A program made the translations under genes and the position numbers. The notes below the pieces were generated by a model. That model was not told where the DNA came from, did no database searches, and saw only the letters and a list, made by a program, of their open reading frames with translations. Below, one piece after another: positions 10,139 through 21,343 of a stretch of 64,000 bases of DNA (the first letter of the stretch is position 1; each line of letters starts with the position of its first letter). The stretch is taken from positions 155,526-219,525 of the forward strand of contig JABZJS010000001.1 in the NCBI GenBank assembly GCA_015257665.1. The letters are read 5' to 3'. Source of the DNA: Candidatus Nanosynbacter sp. (GTDB taxonomy: Bacteria; Patescibacteriota; Saccharimonadia; Saccharimonadales; Saccharimonadaceae).

Positions 10139-10687
10139 GTGAATACCCTGCACTATTTTGCATCGACAGAGGCGGGTGGTGGCGATTTATTCTCGTCGCT
10201 TGGTCTTGATTGGCAGCTGTTTGTCCTGCAAATGGTGGCATTTGTGGTGCTGCTCTTGGTTTTGAAGAAGTGGGTCTATCCACCGCTGCTCGACATGCTC
10301 GATCAGCGCGATGCGAAGATTCGCGATGGCCTCAAAGCAGCTGAGAAAGCGCAAAAGGCAGCTGACGAGACCGAGGAGCGCACTGCTGCAATGCTCAAAA
10401 AAGCCCGCCACGAGTCACAGGAAATTGTGACCGCTGCCAAAACTGAGGCAGCTAGCATGGTGAACGACGCCAAAGACGACGCCCACACGCAGGCCGAGCG
10501 CATCTTAGCGTCGGCTCGCACCCAGACGCAGACAGAGTTGGCCGAGGCCAAGCGGGCGCTGCGCCGTGAGATGGTCGACATGGTCGTCGAGGCAACGCGT
10601 GCAGTGACCGCTGAGACTGTTGACGCGTCGAAAGACCGCCAGCTGATCGAGAAGCATCTGACCAAGCTTGATAAGGAGCAGCGCTGA
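10139..10687 (+). CDS. atpF: F0F1 ATP synthase subunit b
   Basis: N-terminal TM helix followed by a long charged coiled coil; located within the operon. Confidence 0.85.
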   Translation: MNTLHYFASTEAGGGDLFSSLGLDWQLFVLQMVAFVVLLLVLKKWVYPPLLDMLDQRDAKIRDGLKAAEKAQKAADETEERTAAMLKKARHESQEIVTAAKTEAASMVNDAKDDAHTQAERILASARTQTQTELAEAKRALRREMVDMVVEATRAVTAETVDASKDRQLIEKHLTKLDKEQR

Positions 10688-11097
10688 TGGCGGCCGGTTT
10701 TTCGCGCCGCCGCCTCGCTGCGTATGTCGCTGAGCAGATTGCTGCTGGTGCTGAGGTGTCTGCCTTACTGCGGCAAGTTGCCGCCTATCTTATTGACACC
10801 CGTGCAACGCGCGATGTCGATGTGGTGGCAGCAACGATTGAGGAAGCGCTAGCTGAGCGCGGTATCGTTGTCGCTGAGGTCACGACGGCGCACGAGCTAT
10901 CGGCCGCCCTGCAGAAGCAGCTCAAGACAGAGGTCACGGCACTTGCTGAGCAGAGTGGCACTGCGCCAGTTCGGTCAGTGCAGCTCCGCCAGGTTGTCGA
11001 TCCGTCGGTGATCGGTGGCGTGAAGATTGCTCTGCCGGGCCAGCACTACGATGGCACTATCCAACACAAACTAACCGCCCTTGCGGGCACGAAATAA
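10687..11097 (+). CDS. atpH: F0F1 ATP synthase subunit delta (short form)
   Basis: 136 aa; position between atpF and atpA; start overlaps the atpF stop (TGATG). Confidence 0.65.
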   Translation: MAAGFSRRRLAAYVAEQIAAGAEVSALLRQVAAYLIDTRATRDVDVVAATIEEALAERGIVVAEVTTAHELSAALQKQLKTEVTALAEQSGTAPVRSVQLRQVVDPSVIGGVKIALPGQHYDGTIQHKLTALAGTK

Positions 11098-11109
11098 GAG
11101 GAATTATAC

Positions 11110-12645
11110 ATGGCTGAAACAACGGTTACAGAGTTGTCCGAGAGCTTGCGGCAAGCGATCGCAGGCCTGGAAGCCTCTGAAGGGCTAGAGCAGGTCGGTA
11201 TCGTGACCCGAGTGGGTGATGGTGTGGCCTGGGTACATGGCTTGCGCCACGCTGGCTATAGCGAGGTGCTCGAGATCGAGACCAAAACAGGTGTCGTTGA
11301 GGCATTTGCCCTCAACCTGATGGAAGATGAAATTGGTGCTGTGCTGCTTGGCAGCGACCAAGGTGTGGCTGCTGGTGACCGCGTTAAGCTCAAGGGCGAG
11401 GTCCTGAGTGTGCCGGTTGGTGAGGAGCTGCTTGGCCGCGTGGTGAACCCGCTCGGTGAGCCGCTTGATGGTGGCCCAGCCATCACCACCACGCAGCGCG
11501 GCCTCGTCGAGCGTGAGGCGATCGGCGTGATGGGCCGCAAGAGTGTGCACGAGCCACTGATGACTGGTATTATGAGCATCGATGCGATGTTCCCGATTGG
11601 CCGGGGTCAGCGCGAGCTTATCATTGGTGATCGCCAAACCGGTAAGACGGCAATCGCACTTGACACGATGATCAACCAAGCCCGTCAAAAGACTGGCGTG
11701 GTGAATGTCTACGTTGCCGTTGGGCAGAAGCTGAGTAAGATTGCTCGCCTGGTCGAGCGCCTCAAAGAAGAAGGTGTGATGGACCAAACTATCGTGGTAG
11801 CAACCAGCCCAAGCGACCCAGCTTCCCTGCTCTATCTCGCGCCATACGCTGGTACCGCCATGGGTGAGTACTTCCGTGACAATAGTGGCCATGCTTTGAT
11901 GATCTACGACGACCTCACCAAGCACGCTGTCGCCTACCGCCAGATGAGTCTGCTGCTGCGTCGCCCACCAGGGCGCGAGGCCTTCCCGGGTGATGTGTTC
12001 TATTTGCACAGCCGCCTACTTGAGCGCAGTGCCAAGCTAAGTGATGAGCTTGGGGCAGGTTCGCTCACTGCTCTGCCGATCATTGAGACCCAGGCGGGCG
12101 ATATTTCCGCTTACATCCCCACCAACGTGATTTCTATCACCGACGGGCAGATCTTTATGGAGACAGATCTCTTCTACCAAGGTATTCGCCCAGCCATTAG
12201 TGCTGGTCTCTCGGTGTCGCGTGTTGGTGGTGCAGCCCAGACTAAGGCGCTCAAGAGTGTTAGCGGTAACCTCAAGCTCGGGTTGAGTCAGTTCCGTGAG
12301 TTGGCAAGCTTTGCTCAGTTTGGAAGCGACCTTGATGCTGAGACCAAGGCACAGATTGGCCGTGGTCAGCGCCTAACAGAACTCCTCAAGCAGCCACAGT
12401 ACCAGCCAATGAGTGTCTGGGAGCAGGTGGTGAGCATTGTGGCGGTGAGCCAAGGCTACTTCGATACCGTGCCAGCTACGAAGATCAAAGCTGCGCAAGA
12501 TGCTCTGCTGAGCCGTCTCTGGGCCGAGGCTAAGGAACAAATGCGCACCCTCAACAAGGGCGACCAGAAGTTTGGCGCTGATGAGAAACTCACCCACTTG
12601 ATAGAATCAACCGCGGGCGAAATTGCCAAGGAATTTGCGGAGTAA
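11110..12645 (+). CDS. atpA: F0F1 ATP synthase subunit alpha
   Basis: 511 aa; Walker [10 protein letters not shown]; alpha-subunit signature sequences. Confidence 0.95.
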   Translation: MAETTVTELSESLRQAIAGLEASEGLEQVGIVTRVGDGVAWVHGLRHAGYSEVLEIETKTGVVEAFALNLMEDEIGAVLLGSDQGVAAGDRVKLKGEVLSVPVGEELLGRVVNPLGEPLDGGPAITTTQRGLVEREAIGVMGRKSVHEPLMTGIMSIDAMFPIGRGQRELIIGDRQTGKTAIALDTMINQARQKTGVVNVYVAVGQKLSKIARLVERLKEEGVMDQTIVVATSPSDPASLLYLAPYAGTAMGEYFRDNSGHALMIYDDLTKHAVAYRQMSLLLRRPPGREAFPGDVFYLHSRLLERSAKLSDELGAGSLTALPIIETQAGDISAYIPTNVISITDGQIFMETDLFYQGIRPAISAGLSVSRVGGAAQTKALKSVSGNLKLGLSQFRELASFAQFGSDLDAETKAQIGRGQRLTELLKQPQYQPMSVWEQVVSIVAVSQGYFDTVPATKIKAAQDALLSRLWAEAKEQMRTLNKGDQKFGADEKLTHLIESTAGEIAKEFAE

Positions 12646-12660
12646 GCAACGGAGGTCGCT

Positions 12661-13548
12661 ATGCCCAATACGCAACAGCTCAAAGCACGGATTCGCTCGG
12701 TTAAGAGTACCAAGCAGATCACCAAGGCAATGCAAATGGTGGCAGCGAGCAAGATGCGTCGTGCCCAAGATGCAAGCCGCACCACTGCGCCATATACTAC
12801 GGCAGCACGTGGCCTCTTGCGCTACCTCTCGCGCCAGGGTGCGACCGACGATCACCCCCTGTTTGCCCAGCGCACAGTCAAGCGCCGCTTGATCATCGTC
12901 ATTGCCGCCGATAAAGGACTGGCTGGTGCCTACAATAGCAATGTCCTCAAGCGCTATGTCCAGCTCCTGCGCGATGACGATGCAGCGGGGATCGACAATA
13001 CTACCATTGCGGTGGGGCGCAAGGCAGCACAGTTTGTTGCTCGTCTTAAGGATACGCAGGTGGTTGGGGTGTATGAGGATGTGCCAGATCGCCCAACTGG
13101 GCCAGCTTTCCGAGCAATTCTCGACACCGCGCACGATATGTTTGTGAGTAAGCAGGTCGATGCGGTCGACGTTGTATTTACCCGCTTTTATAGCAGTATG
13201 ACGCAGCACCCTGATACGATCCACCTCTTGCCCGCTGGCCTTGATGCCGAGCAGCTCGATGCGGTGGATGACGATGAAGCAATCCCAGATGATGAAGCAC
13301 TCTTTGAGCCAAGCCCGCAAGCAGTACTCGACACTATCGCTGCGCGCATGGTGAGTGCCCGGCTCTACCAAGCCCTGCTCGATGCTCGGGCGAGCGAGCA
13401 CAGCCAGCGCATGCTTGCCATGAAAAATGCCACCGATAACGCTACCAGCCTTGTCGATGACCTAACACTCGAGATGAACAAACAGCGCCAAGGTGCCATC
13501 ACGCAAGAGCTGACCGAGATCAGCGCTGGTGTGGAGGCAATGGGATGA
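12661..13548 (+). CDS. atpG: F0F1 ATP synthase subunit gamma
   Basis: 295 aa; N-terminal LKARIRSVKSTKQITKAMQMVAASKMRRAQ. Confidence 0.9.
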   Translation: MPNTQQLKARIRSVKSTKQITKAMQMVAASKMRRAQDASRTTAPYTTAARGLLRYLSRQGATDDHPLFAQRTVKRRLIIVIAADKGLAGAYNSNVLKRYVQLLRDDDAAGIDNTTIAVGRKAAQFVARLKDTQVVGVYEDVPDRPTGPAFRAILDTAHDMFVSKQVDAVDVVFTRFYSSMTQHPDTIHLLPAGLDAEQLDAVDDDEAIPDDEALFEPSPQAVLDTIAARMVSARLYQALLDARASEHSQRMLAMKNATDNATSLVDDLTLEMNKQRQGAITQELTEISAGVEAMG

Positions 13549-14074
13549 AACACTACGCGCGTGTCGTGATAGCTGCGCTTATCATGTATGCGCTTGTATG
13601 TGTGGTGTTGCTTCTTGTGGGTGGTATTCTGATGCTGTCTGCTAGCCGTGGTGAGGGGTTACTCTTTGGCCTTGCGCTGATGCTGCCATTTGCTCTCGGT
13701 GGGCTGTGGTATTGGCGGTATGGCCAGCGGCGCGGCGCAAGCTTTGTGGGTTTTACAACTGGCCTGCTGGTTATCATTTGTGCCGGGCTTGGCTCGTATG
13801 TGGCGGGCTTTCTTGTATCCTTTGCTGTGCATGGTGTGGAGGCGCAAGCTAATGATATTGCTCGCCTGGCCTGGCCAGCTCAGCCTATTATGGCGTGTGC
13901 TGAGTTGCCAGTCGTCAGTAGTCTCTTACCGTATGTGCCAATTGTGGTGTTGCTAGCTTACTGTGGCATTGCAGCCCGTGATGCTATGCGCTATAGACAG
14001 AGGTCTCATACCAAAAAGTCAGGCAGCCAGGACAATCTGCAAGCAAAGAAAGTGGAGCCAGTGAAAGGAAGAAT

Positions 14075-14078
<4 letters not shown>
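13545..14078 (+). CDS. Polytopic membrane protein embedded in the atp operon
   Basis: 177 aa with 4-5 predicted TM helices; ATG overlaps the atpG TGA (ATGA), so it is translationally coupled. Confidence 0.55.
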
Positions 14079-16022
<1,944 letters not shown>

Positions 16023-16043
16023 CACTCTCTGCACATCCTTACA

Positions 16044-16092
16044 CGGCAGCAGCCAACCGAGATATTCTCTCCGTGTTGGCTGCTGTTTTCTT
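16044..16092 (+). terminator. Rho-independent terminator after atpD
   Basis: Hairpin cagcagccaa...ttggctgctg followed by ttttctttg. Confidence 0.55.
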
Positions 16093-16500
16093 TGCCTATC
16101 CTCCTCGCTATTTTCCCCTCCCTCCCCTCCCAACATATAGTACAAATCGATTTGTACTATAGTTACCCTGTTTTTTCTCTGTTGCAGCAGACTCTTTTTC
16201 TCTTCTTTTATATATTTATATATAATAGGAGAGAAATCGATATGGAGATATGGATGTATGGAGATATAGGTAAAGATAGAGGATAGAGATAAATAGAGAA
16301 ATAGAAAGAATAAGTAAATGGAGATAAAAGTAGAGATAAATAGAGAAATAGATATAAAGGTAAGTAAATGGATAAATAGAGATAGAGATGAGTATAGAAA
16401 TAGATAGATAAATAGTAGAGAAAGAAAGTTATAGGGATAAAGAGATGGATATAAAGATATCGATACATAGAGAATAGATATAGTATCGAGATATATTAGT
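16090..16500. repeat. Strand-skewed low-complexity region: pyrimidine-rich (CT) half then purine-rich (GA/TA) half with degenerate ~48-bp tandem units
   Basis: cctcctcgctattttcccctccctcccctccc...ctctttttctcttcttttatatatttatatataat followed by gagataaatagagaaatag...taagtaaatgga repeated 2-3 times; no spacer/repeat regularity. Confidence 0.7.
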
Positions 16501-16666
16501 ATGTATAGAAATATGCTTATTGCAGCGTATTATACTGCGTACAGTATGAGAAAGGAGTAAAGCGCTCAGCTTCAAATAGACGCACTTTGACTTACCCGAT
16601 CAAATATGGCACACTTGAGGGTGGTGGGGCGACCAGCGCTCCCAGACTGCATGGAAAGGAGATACC

Positions 16667-16993
16667 ATGCACAATAGGAACAACGCATGGGACAGCCGTT
16701 CCATGCGACACGAGGCCAGAAGGGCGCGCAACATTGCGCCGTTCTGGCTGGTTGCTGTGGCCTCCTGGGCGGGTGTACCGCTTGGCAGTTACCTGTTGCT
16801 GTTCCACTTTGGTGGGACGGCATTTGAGCATCACGAGCTGCCCTGGCTCGTGATGTATCTCTTATGGCTCCTCTTTGGAGGGGCTATTGTGGCAGGCCAG
16901 CGCCTGCCGAAGGCACCAGGGTTGCTGCTTATTGCTGTAGCCGCCGTCGGAGGGGTCTTCGTATCTCTCCTCGCCTGGGGGCTTTCTATCTAG
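16667..16993 (+). CDS. Small membrane protein (3 TM helices) in the atpD-atpC insert
   Basis: 108 aa; RBS GGAAAGGAGATACC before the ATG; high-GC codon usage; followed by a strong terminator. Confidence 0.5.
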   Translation: MHNRNNAWDSRSMRHEARRARNIAPFWLVAVASWAGVPLGSYLLLFHFGGTAFEHHELPWLVMYLLWLLFGGAIVAGQRLPKAPGLLLIAVAAVGGVFVSLLAWGLSI

Positions 16994-17020
16994 CTCCTTG
17001 GGTCGTCCCTTACCCACCAA

Positions 17021-17070
17021 GGGCGGGTTGAGCAGCGCCATGTGGCTTGCTGCTCCCCGCCCTTTTCTCT
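17021..17070 (+). terminator. Rho-independent terminator
   Basis: gggcgggttgagcagc...gctgctccccgccc followed by ttttctcttg. Confidence 0.55.
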
Positions 17071-17137
17071 TGCTTGAAGTAAAAATCACTTTGCCTTCTA
17101 CCTCGCTTTTTCTCTGCCACTCTGCTATAGTAAGGCT

Positions 17138-17569
17138 ATGGATTTAGAACTTGTGACACTGACTGGTAGCAAGCTGCACGAGACTGTGTATGAGGTGATG
17201 CTGCCGACGCCGGATGGGCAGATTGCGGTCTTCCCGGGGCACGAACCACTGGTAACCCTGGCAGTGCCAGGTGTTGTGGCGGTGCGTCGCGCTAAGGACG
17301 ACAGTGACGACCAGCTGGAATACTTTGCCATCTCTGGTGGGGTGGTCGAAATTAGCCAGACAAAGGTACGTATCTTGGTCGACGAAGCCGAGCACGGCGA
17401 CGATATCATTGAGGCTGAGAGTAAAGCCGCCCTTGAGCGCGCCCTCAAGCAGCGCGACAACGCTAGCACCCAGGTAGAGCTCGAAAAAGCGCACCAGCTG
17501 GTCGACCGTCATGCCGTGCGTCTGAAGGTGGCTGGCCTGCGCCGACGCCACAACAAGCACCGCGTATAA
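17138..17569 (+). CDS. atpC: F0F1 ATP synthase subunit epsilon
   Basis: 143 aa; N-terminal beta-sandwich sequence LVTLTGSKLHETVYEVMLPTPDGQIAVFPGHEPLVT typical of epsilon. Confidence 0.85.
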   Translation: MDLELVTLTGSKLHETVYEVMLPTPDGQIAVFPGHEPLVTLAVPGVVAVRRAKDDSDDQLEYFAISGGVVEISQTKVRILVDEAEHGDDIIEAESKAALERALKQRDNASTQVELEKAHQLVDRHAVRLKVAGLRRRHNKHRV

Positions 17570-17612
17570 AATATTAGGATAACAGAGATAACCGCAGAGA
17601 GACAGCAGTATA

Positions 17613-18566
17613 ATGACGGAATTTTATCCTCCCCATCCATCATTACCAGAGGGGACATATGGTTATCGAGATAATAAGAAGACTACAAGTAATTGCTATG
17701 AGCAGCCTGTCGTATCCTACCAGCTAGGCGATGAGTATGGCCTTGGCAATCTTGATACACCACAGTGCCCCCATGCGGTAGAATTTATCCAGGAACTTGG
17801 TGAACACTACGTGCCAGCAGCGCAGAATATCATTGGCGCGTGTATGGATGGCCGGCCCGGCAGCACAGCAGAAGCAGTGCCAAATGGTGCAGGTGGTGGT
17901 TTACTCTACCTAGTGACAGATCGACTGGTACGTGGTAATAGTGATGGTATTGATGAAACGAATGCGCGTGTCCTGGGGCGAATTGGCCAGATACCCGCGA
18001 CAGTGCACGTCCATCGGGATGACCATGCTCATGGCGAAGACGCTGGCTGTGCAGCGGCCGACAAGGTGGGTGCGATCTTTACTATCATTGCTCAGCATGG
18101 TGAGCAATTGCGCAGCCTCGCCACCGAGCTTGGTCTTGGTAGTGACAGTAGCGACGAAGCACACCAGCAGATTATTCACCATGCAGCAGATGAGTCGAAG
18201 CTTGTTATGGCTAGTGGCAACAAACTCGTGACAATGGTCGACGCGCAGTTAGCAAAGAATACTGATAACACTAATGAGCCTACTGGTGCTCATACCGATA
18301 TATTGTATGGCAACCACCATGAGGTAGCAGTGGTGATGAATCGACGCACAGGGACAACACTCGACCGCCAGTCCTTAGCACAGGAGTTCGACCAGCGGTA
18401 CCAGGCCTTCAATATCGATACATGGGCCTTTGCACCCTCAGCCGAAGCACTCTACCCGGGCGATCCAACTGCCCAGCAGCACGCTACCACTGCTATGCTC
18501 TACTACAACCTCGCTGCTATTATGGCGCTGTGTGGCCCACGCATGACGGTGACCGTGCTTACATAA
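17613..18566 (+). CDS. Hypothetical protein with Cys/His-rich putative metal-binding motifs
   Basis: 317 aa; motifs ACMDGRPG and VHVHRDDHAHGEDAGCAAAD; no confident family assignment. Confidence 0.5.
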   Translation: MTEFYPPHPSLPEGTYGYRDNKKTTSNCYEQPVVSYQLGDEYGLGNLDTPQCPHAVEFIQELGEHYVPAAQNIIGACMDGRPGSTAEAVPNGAGGGLLYLVTDRLVRGNSDGIDETNARVLGRIGQIPATVHVHRDDHAHGEDAGCAAADKVGAIFTIIAQHGEQLRSLATELGLGSDSSDEAHQQIIHHAADESKLVMASGNKLVTMVDAQLAKNTDNTNEPTGAHTDILYGNHHEVAVVMNRRTGTTLDRQSLAQEFDQRYQAFNIDTWAFAPSAEALYPGDPTAQQHATTAMLYYNLAAIMALCGPRMTVTVLT

Positions 18567-18618
18567 TTCTTACTTCGCAGAATAAGGATACCTCACGCAT
18601 CACTACCCTGCCCATACC

Positions 18619-18652
18619 GATGGAGAACCATCGCTTTAGATGGTTCTCCATC
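18619..18652. terminator. Bidirectional terminator hairpin between convergent genes
   Basis: Perfect 14-bp inverted repeat gatggagaaccatc / gatggttctccatc with a 6-nt loop. Confidence 0.6.
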
Positions 18653-18696
18653 TCATAACAACACAATATGAGGATCAAGCATAGCAAGAACGCCAG

Positions 18697-19683
18697 CTAC
18701 TCAGACGCAGACATTGCTTCGTGCCACTGACGGATAATCCGCCGCGCTTCATCCGTGCTGGTGGTATGCATCAGCTGGTCGCGCAGCTCCTTCGCGCCGT
18801 CAAAGTCGCGAATGTAGATCTTGTAGAAGCGTTTGAGCGTCTCGTATGGCCGGCCCAGTGTTGGTTGCCAGTGGTCGAAGACATCGAGGTGGTAGTGAAG
18901 GAGTGCGAAGTTGCGCTGCGCCATAGAGCTACTGCCCTGCGCTACACTATCGGCACGCGGCGCAAAGCAAAATGGATCGGCAAACACCCCACGGCCAATC
19001 ATCAGGCCATTAACGCCCGGGTGGGCGGCTACCAGTGCCATGCCATGCGCCCGATCACGAATATCGCCATTGATAGTGAGCAGCGTCTGCGGCGCAATCG
19101 CATCGCGCAGCGCCACGATATCATCAATCAGCTCATAGTGCGCCGCTACCTTGCTCATCTCCTTCTTGGTACGCAGGTGAATAGTCAAGTTGACGATATC
19201 TTGCTGGAGCAGTGTCGTGAGCCACGCTCGCCACTCATCCACAACACTGTAGCCAAGGCGGGTCTTAACGCTGACTGGCAAGCCAGCCGTCTTGGCCGCG
19301 GCAATAGCGGCTACTGCAACGTCTGGATTGCGAATTAGCGCCGCTCCCCCACTCTTGATAGCACTCTTTGCAGGGCAGCCCATATTAATATCGATCCCTG
19401 CAAAGCCCAGGCGCGCGCAGTGCTGGGCAAATTGCTCCATATCGCCTGGCTCGCCGCCCCAAATCTGCGCTACCAGGGGGTACTCGTCGTCCGTCTTAAT
19501 GAGCCGGCCAGCAATTGCTCTGTCACCAGCGTGTACCCAGCCCGTCGCATTAGCAAACTCAGTAAAAAACACATCGGGCGCACCAGCCCGCTCCACCACG
19601 TGGCGAAATACCACATCCGTCACCGCCTCCATCGGTGCCAAAACAAAAAACGGCTGCGGCAAATCATTCCAAAACGACGTCAT
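18697..19683 (-). CDS. dus: tRNA-dihydrouridine synthase
   Basis: 328 aa; LAPMEAVTDVVFR...IDINMGCPAKSAIKSGGAALIRNP (catalytic Cys context) and the TIM-barrel Dus pattern. Confidence 0.9.
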   Translation of the reverse strand: MTSFWNDLPQPFFVLAPMEAVTDVVFRHVVERAGAPDVFFTEFANATGWVHAGDRAIAGRLIKTDDEYPLVAQIWGGEPGDMEQFAQHCARLGFAGIDINMGCPAKSAIKSGGAALIRNPDVAVAAIAAAKTAGLPVSVKTRLGYSVVDEWRAWLTTLLQQDIVNLTIHLRTKKEMSKVAAHYELIDDIVALRDAIAPQTLLTINGDIRDRAHGMALVAAHPGVNGLMIGRGVFADPFCFAPRADSVAQGSSSMAQRNFALLHYHLDVFDHWQPTLGRPYETLKRFYKIYIRDFDGAKELRDQLMHTTSTDEARRIIRQWHEAMSASE

Positions 19684-19858
19684 ATCAAGCTATTATAACA
19701 CAATTGATCAGGGGAGAGGCCCCGCACCCACGCTTTATGCGTAGATGGGTACCACGGTGGGTGCGGGGCGATGTGAGCAAAATACGGCCTTATAGACCAC
19801 CCCCTTTCTGGGGTCGACTCCTCCAAGGCATTTCCTTGGAGGGTATACTTACTCACGG

Positions 19859-19957
19859 CTGGGATGGCAGGAGTCGAACCTGCGACGAGAGCCCTCACAT
19901 GCCTGTCGCCATTGACAAGCAAACCTCTCGTACCCCTATACCAAACGGGGCATCCCA
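19859..19957 (-). ncRNA. tRNA-like structured RNA (canonical T-arm plus 7-bp acceptor stem, but non-canonical D and anticodon regions)
   Basis: RNA 5'-TGGGATG...ACGAGAG...[hairpin CTTGTCAATGGCGACAGG]...CTCTCGT-GCAGGTTCGACTCCTGC-CATCCCA-G; T-loop GGTTCGACTCC; no 8-9 spacer; 43-nt elaboration where the anticodon arm should be. Confidence 0.35.
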
Positions 19958-20487
19958 GGTTGGTCACCATTGACCAACCATTCCTTACAAAAACTCAAGC
20001 CGGAGCAGATCCGGCGAGTTCCTTGTAAGGATAGAGATAATTGTAATCTACTTGGGCGAGGCTGTCAAGTGGTAGCTCACTAAAGCTGGCTGGCGTATCG
20101 CAGTCTTGCGTTGGTGTGCTCCATTCCCCTTGTGATGGTATACTCAATCAGCTTTGCACACGTGCAAGTATATATTCTCAAGAAAAGGAAGAAGCTCCTA
20201 CCTCAACGCATGATGCGGATGCAGGAGCTCGGGAGAGACTACAAGCGGTTCTGCTCGTCCTGGCCGGTAGCCAGGGCGCGAGTGAATCTCGCGAGTCTCA
20301 CGTGTTTTAAAGAAGCCTCCGTGGCAGGTGCACGGTGCGCGGCAGTGAGACGCACAGCATGAGATTTCTCGATCGTTGCCTCCAAGTGGCAACGATACCG
20401 CCTACCCCCCTTGATGTCCGATAAAGGGTAACCTGCGGCGGTTGCTATGGCAATGCTCTACGCGAAAAACGGAGCATTCGCCAGTAG

Positions 20488-20563
20488 CGGAGATAGCAGG
20501 AATCGAACCTGCACCTCTATGTGAGCTAACACATAAAGGCAAAAGGGGGACCACCCCATCTCC
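20488..20563 (-). ncRNA. tRNA-like structured RNA (second copy of the same architecture)
   Basis: RNA 5'-GGAGATG-GGGGTGGTCCCC-...CTTTATGTG-TTAGCTC-CACATAGAG-GT-GCAGGTTCGATTCCTGC-TATCTCC-G; T-arm nearly identical to the upstream element; 9-bp anticodon-like stem; no canonical D-stem. Confidence 0.35.
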
Positions 20564-20652
20564 AGTGACGGATAGGTGCACGACCTTATTCTGTCGTGGC
20601 TTTTTACCTACTCTCTCAGCCTCGCACGTGAGGCTGACCGTCATCCTGTGTG

Positions 20653-20820
20653 CTACCGACCGTTTGGTCGGCCGCAGGCACAGACATAACCTGTACCATT
20701 ACACGTGGCACAGGCGGATTTGAAGGAAAAAGAAGGCCCTTTTTCCTTTTTACTGCCCCTGCAGGAGGGGCAGATCTTTGTGCCGGTATAACCGTTACCG
20801 GCACAGACCTTACAGGACAT
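20653..20820 (-). CDS. Small DnaJ-type zinc-finger protein (4x CxxCxGxG repeats)
   Basis: 55 aa MSCKVCAGNGYTGTKICPSCRGSKKEKGPSFSFKSACATCNGTGYVCACGRPNGR; RBS GGAGG 10 nt upstream; preceded by a consensus promoter. Confidence 0.55.
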   Translation of the reverse strand: MSCKVCAGNGYTGTKICPSCRGSKKEKGPSFSFKSACATCNGTGYVCACGRPNGR

Positions 20821-20957
20821 GAGGTATTCACCTCCTCTCTGCCGAAGTTTCGGCAAAGACATCGGTGAACCCTTTTTTCAAGGACGCTCTCGTGCTGAGC
20901 GTCTCGAGATAGCTACATCGGGTAGCTACCAGGGTTCACTCAGTTTCGAGCTGTTAC

Positions 20958-20988
20958 TATATATACCAATATACGGCGAGCCTGTCAA
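20958..20988 (-). promoter_or_regulatory. Near-consensus sigma70 promoter (-35 TTGACA, 17-bp spacer, -10 TATATA), copy 1 of a repeated cassette
   Basis: Minus-strand TTGACAggctcgccgtatattggTATATA; the same architecture and spacer core occur at 30054-30082 and 46546-46574. Confidence 0.5.
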
Positions 20989-21343
20989 TCAATATGCGCA
21001 TGTCTTGCAGAGATTCTTGTTTTGTTCTTACGTTCTGCTTCATTCTATGTATTATTCGCAACAAATGACAGACGACGTAGATTTATTGCAATCAAACAGT
21101 TTCATGCTTCCGCTGCAGGAATCAGGTAAAGATAAGCAGATTATCCCCCTAGAAAAACTCACCCACCAGCGCGAGAGCTAAGGATGTCTCGTATACTGCA
21201 CTGAAGATATCCCGGCTAAAGTAGCAGAAAAATCTGCCCATATATTTCGCTCATTAGCCACTCCATTGTCTCCTGTAGTGCGTTGCAGCAAGGGCGTATA
21301 GCGAATACATTGCCTATTGTGTCGCAAGTGCTCGTGCGAGCGG

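Noticed and set aside
11185-12009. Long antisense ORFs inside atpA, atpG, atpD, dus, the helicase and the T4CP gene (e.g. 11185-12009, 12607-13401, 15324-16145, 18721-19338, 61071-62432)
   Set aside because: These are typical high-GC antisense open frames overlapping well-supported genes. They have no motifs and their composition is biased toward Arg/Ala/Pro.
16208-16468. 86-aa ORF (MYRYLYIHLFIPITFF...) on the minus strand
   Set aside because: It is a translation of the low-complexity GA/TA repeat tract, with extreme Y/L/S/I composition and no RBS. It is treated as repeat DNA, not a gene.
16090-16500. Possible CRISPR array suggested by the repetitive appearance
   Set aside because: The repeats are degenerate, of unequal length and lack unique spacers of constant size, and no cas genes are nearby. 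This is a low-complexity tandem repeat, not a CRISPR array.
17613-18566. Beta-carbonic-anhydrase assignment for the 317-aa protein based on the CMDGR and H...GCAA motifs
   Set aside because: Spacing and residues do not match the CxDxR / HxxCG beta-CA signatures closely enough, so it is left as hypothetical.
20115-20145. Possible promoter ttgtga...tatact upstream of the tRNA-like region
   Set aside because: The spacing between the hexamers is only ~3 bp, which is incompatible with a sigma70 promoter.
19859-20563. Idea that the two tRNA-like elements are halves of a one-piece or permuted tmRNA
   Set aside because: Each element has its own complementary 5' and 3' acceptor strands. No tag-peptide reading frame ending in ...AA-stop and no pseudoknot-rich region lies between them. 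They are kept only as tRNA-like RNAs.
20402-20723. ORFs 20402-20644 (-) and 20442-20723 (+) in the tRNA-like region
   Set aside because: They overlap structured-RNA candidates, lack an RBS and have odd composition. They are probably non-coding.
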